DNA from: a virus
Direction: 5' to 3' (one strand)
Virus record (IMG/VR): IMGVR_UViG_3300033802_000463
Span: 72,064 to 136,063 of that record
DNA: 64,000 nt
Every line of letters begins with the position of its first letter. Position 1 is the stretch's first letter. The notes beneath the pieces are model-generated. The model made no database searches. It was not told the origin of the DNA and was given only the letters and a program-made list of their open reading frames with translations. A program made the translations under genes and the position numbers. This document shows, piece by piece, positions 61,970 to 64,000 of the stretch.

Positions 61970-62314
61970 TTGATCACTATGCCTACGGTTTCCCAATTGC
62001 GTCCTTATGTCACGCATTTTTCCGAAGAACTCAAGCTGAAAGCCCGGGCAAGAGACCAGGTTACAGTTGCCGGCCGCATTGATTCCGTTAGCCGTATTGA
62101 TGATGATTACACGGTCATGGTGTTGGATGATTTCGTCGGCCAGACGCGCATCATCATGTCCAATATCATGTACAATCATTTCAAATCGATCATCGACATC
62201 GGCAACTTTGTATCGGTTGAAGGCTACGTGAACGTGGTTACCCGAAAAGTTGCCGGCCAAATGGAAAGCGAATATTCCATCATTGGCTACGACATGAACA
62301 TTCTGACGTTCTAA
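61970..62314 (+). CDS. Stand-alone OB-fold protein (DnaE C-terminal OB-like)
   Basis: VTVAGRI...MVLDDFVG...V.VEG.V. Confidence 0.6.
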   Translation: MITMPTVSQLRPYVTHFSEELKLKARARDQVTVAGRIDSVSRIDDDYTVMVLDDFVGQTRIIMSNIMYNHFKSIIDIGNFVSVEGYVNVVTRKVAGQMESEYSIIGYDMNILTF

Positions 62315-62325
62315 GGAGGACCATC

Positions 62326-62505
62326 ATGCGCAATATTTTGGTTTTCCCAGATGGCACGCAGCAGGATTTCATGTATCCGCAAGATCGAGACATTGAAGTG
62401 GGAACCGAACTTCAAGTCACGATGATGGACGATTCGGTGCATAGGATGAAGGTTTCCTCAATTGAACGCGAAGAAAAGCGTATCCTGTACCGGTTAACGT
62501 ATTAA
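62326..62505 (+). CDS. Small hypothetical protein (59 aa, absent from ORF track)
   Basis: AAGGAGG SD; MRNILVFPDGTQQDF... Confidence 0.6.
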   Translation: MRNILVFPDGTQQDFMYPQDRDIEVGTELQVTMMDDSVHRMKVSSIEREEKRILYRLTY

Positions 62506-62506
62506 T

Positions 62507-62528
62507 GTCGCTGACACTCCAATTCATT
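62507..62528 (+). promoter_or_regulatory. TGAC element 11 (stem degenerate) upstream of ssb
   Basis: GTCGC-TGAC-ACTCC-AA-TTCATT; loop and TTC spacing retained. Confidence 0.5.
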
Positions 62529-62571
62529 GTAATAAAAATTATTAATCCAAAATTGAGAAAGGTGATGTTAC

Positions 62572-63360
62572 ATGAACGGTCAACAAGCATTTCAAGGTGG
62601 ATTTCCGCAACAACAAGGCGGCTGGGGAGCCGGTCCGCAAGGAAACTGGGGCGCACCTCCTCAAGCTGGAGGTTATCCGCAAGGCTCGCAAGGCGGCTAT
62701 CAAGGCGGAGGACAAACTGGTGGGAACAGCAACGGGAACGGCAATAAAGGCAACTATGATTCGTTCTGCGAAATTACGCTGATCGGCAACATCTCCGGAA
62801 TCACGGATCCGGAGACCAATCAGCGCGTTCATGCGTATTCCAAGCCGATGAACAATGGCGCTAAAGTAGCCAATACGAATATTGCCGTCAATCATTATGG
62901 CAAAGATGAAGCAGATTTCTGGAAGCTTGAAGTATGGGCAAATTCTCCGGAACGCAGCCGTCTTCATAATTTCCTGATGGATCATTGCTCGATCGGCCGG
63001 AAGCTGTTTATCAAAGGCATTCCGATGCTGAACTACGACAAGGAGAAGAAAGTTTACTATCCGACTATTCGGGTAACCGAATTGATCGGCCTTGGCGGCG
63101 GACAAAACAGCAATGGAAATGGAAACAGCAATGGTAGTGGCGGCGGACAAGCAAATGGTGGTTACCAGCAGCAATCCGGCCAGCAAGGCTGGGGCAATCA
63201 ACAAGGTTTCCCGCCGCAGCAAAATGGTTTTGCCGGCCCGAATCCGAATATGCAGCAACAGGGTGCTGGATGGGGAGGCCCGCAAGGCGGTTTTGCTGGC
63301 CCGCAAGGCGGATTCGGAGCTCCGCAAGGCGCACCTGGGCAATTCCAAGGTCAGCGCTAA
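62572..63360 (+). CDS. ssb: Single-stranded DNA-binding protein with G/Q/N-rich termini
   Basis: ITLIGNI...VAN..IAVN...ADFW.LEVW...G.KLFI.G OB core. Confidence 0.8.
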   Translation: MNGQQAFQGGFPQQQGGWGAGPQGNWGAPPQAGGYPQGSQGGYQGGGQTGGNSNGNGNKGNYDSFCEITLIGNISGITDPETNQRVHAYSKPMNNGAKVANTNIAVNHYGKDEADFWKLEVWANSPERSRLHNFLMDHCSIGRKLFIKGIPMLNYDKEKKVYYPTIRVTELIGLGGGQNSNGNGNSNGSGGGQANGGYQQQSGQQGWGNQQGFPPQQNGFAGPNPNMQQQGAGWGGPQGGFAGPQGGFGAPQGAPGQFQGQR

Positions 63361-63795
63361 TTGGTTTTTACGGCGCTCCCAAACAAGGGGGCGCTGGATT
63401 CAATCCAAACAAAGAATGCATTGGAGCTTGATAGCATGAGCCAGGCCGTAAAACCTGCAGACGCATTAGGTCGTTTCATGTATGGCATTTTTGACTTTTA
63501 TCGCGACAATGGACTCACCATTCCTGCAGCCAAGGCACGCATGTATGATGAGGCCCTTCAAACATGTGCCCAAATGATGAAGGTGGATCCGGATATTCCC
63601 GATCATGCTCTTGTGATTGCGGCGCAGATGATGTCGCAGCTGCTGAATCATCGCGGCTATCAGCTCACCGAAGCCGCCAAGAAAGAGCAAAAACCTAACG
63701 AGTCTCGCTTGGAAGCATTGCGTCAAATCAAGGCGGCAAAAGATGCAATAGATGCGTTTATTTCAACTTACAAAGGAGGAACGCAACATGGCTAA
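63361..63795 (+). CDS. Hypothetical protein (true start probably ATG 63436)
   Basis: ORF between ssb and recA. Confidence 0.55.
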   Translation: MVFTALPNKGALDSIQTKNALELDSMSQAVKPADALGRFMYGIFDFYRDNGLTIPAAKARMYDEALQTCAQMMKVDPDIPDHALVIAAQMMSQLLNHRGYQLTEAAKKEQKPNESRLEALRQIKAAKDAIDAFISTYKGGTQHG

Positions 63796-64000
63796 AGAAA
63801 AAACCCATTCTGACAAGCTGGAAGAAGCATTTTCCGGATCAAAGGATATTCGCGAAACGTTTGACAAGCGCTTTGGGCCAGGTACATTTTTCACGTTTGG
63901 GGAAACAGCGAAGGCTGAAGTTTATCCGATCCCGACTGGCATTCCAACAGTTGACTATGCATCTGGTATTGGAGGCATTCCGCTTGGCCGCATTATTGAA
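63788..64000 (+). CDS. recA: RecA-like recombinase (5' part)
   Basis: KRFGPG...IPTG...D.A.GIGGIPLGRIIE; AGGAGG SD. Confidence 0.85.
   Translation, partial: MAKEKTHSDKLEEAFSGSKDIRETFDKRFGPGTFFTFGETAKAEVYPIPTGIPTVDYASGIGGIPLGRIIE

Noticed and set aside
43696-62528. TGAC hairpins as ordinary intrinsic terminators or a CRISPR array
   Set aside because: Most lack a U-tract, and a fixed loop with fixed TTC spacing is not required for terminators; copies are dispersed with no spacer periodicity. No CRISPR array or cas gene was seen in the window.

Overview
A 64 kb segment of a large contractile-tailed (myovirus-type) phage or phage-plasmid, most plausibly infecting Bacillota (Bacillota-style SD sequences, sigma-A-like promoters, tRNA-Ile2 of the Bacillus type). 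Left arm (1-32.1 kb, minus strand): virion morphogenesis, with putative small terminase, large terminase split by a group I intron carrying a LAGLIDADG endonuclease, portal fused to a MuF-like domain, prohead protease/scaffold, major capsid, Ig-like appendage and neck proteins, sheath, three tube-like paralogs, tail chaperones and the start of a probable tape measure. Middle (32.2-37.6 kb, minus): a ParM/ParR/parC-like partition cassette, 8 tRNAs plus two unexplained structured RNAs, and small genes. At about 37.6 kb transcription switches to the plus strand: a YonO-like (RdRP-related, DxDGD) single-subunit RNA polymerase bracketed by a 28-bp inverted repeat, then three RNase H paralogs (one apparently inactive), a GGDEF protein, a SNF2 helicase, a 3D-domain protein, an OB-fold protein, SSB and the start of RecA. 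The most striking unexplained signal is 11 co-oriented intergenic copies of a mini-hairpin (variable but self-complementary 5-bp stem, fixed C-TGAC-G loop) followed at a fixed distance by TTCnnT, found only downstream of the RNAP gene. These are candidate hairpin promoters for this polymerase. All product calls come from motif recognition and synteny by eye; no searches were run.
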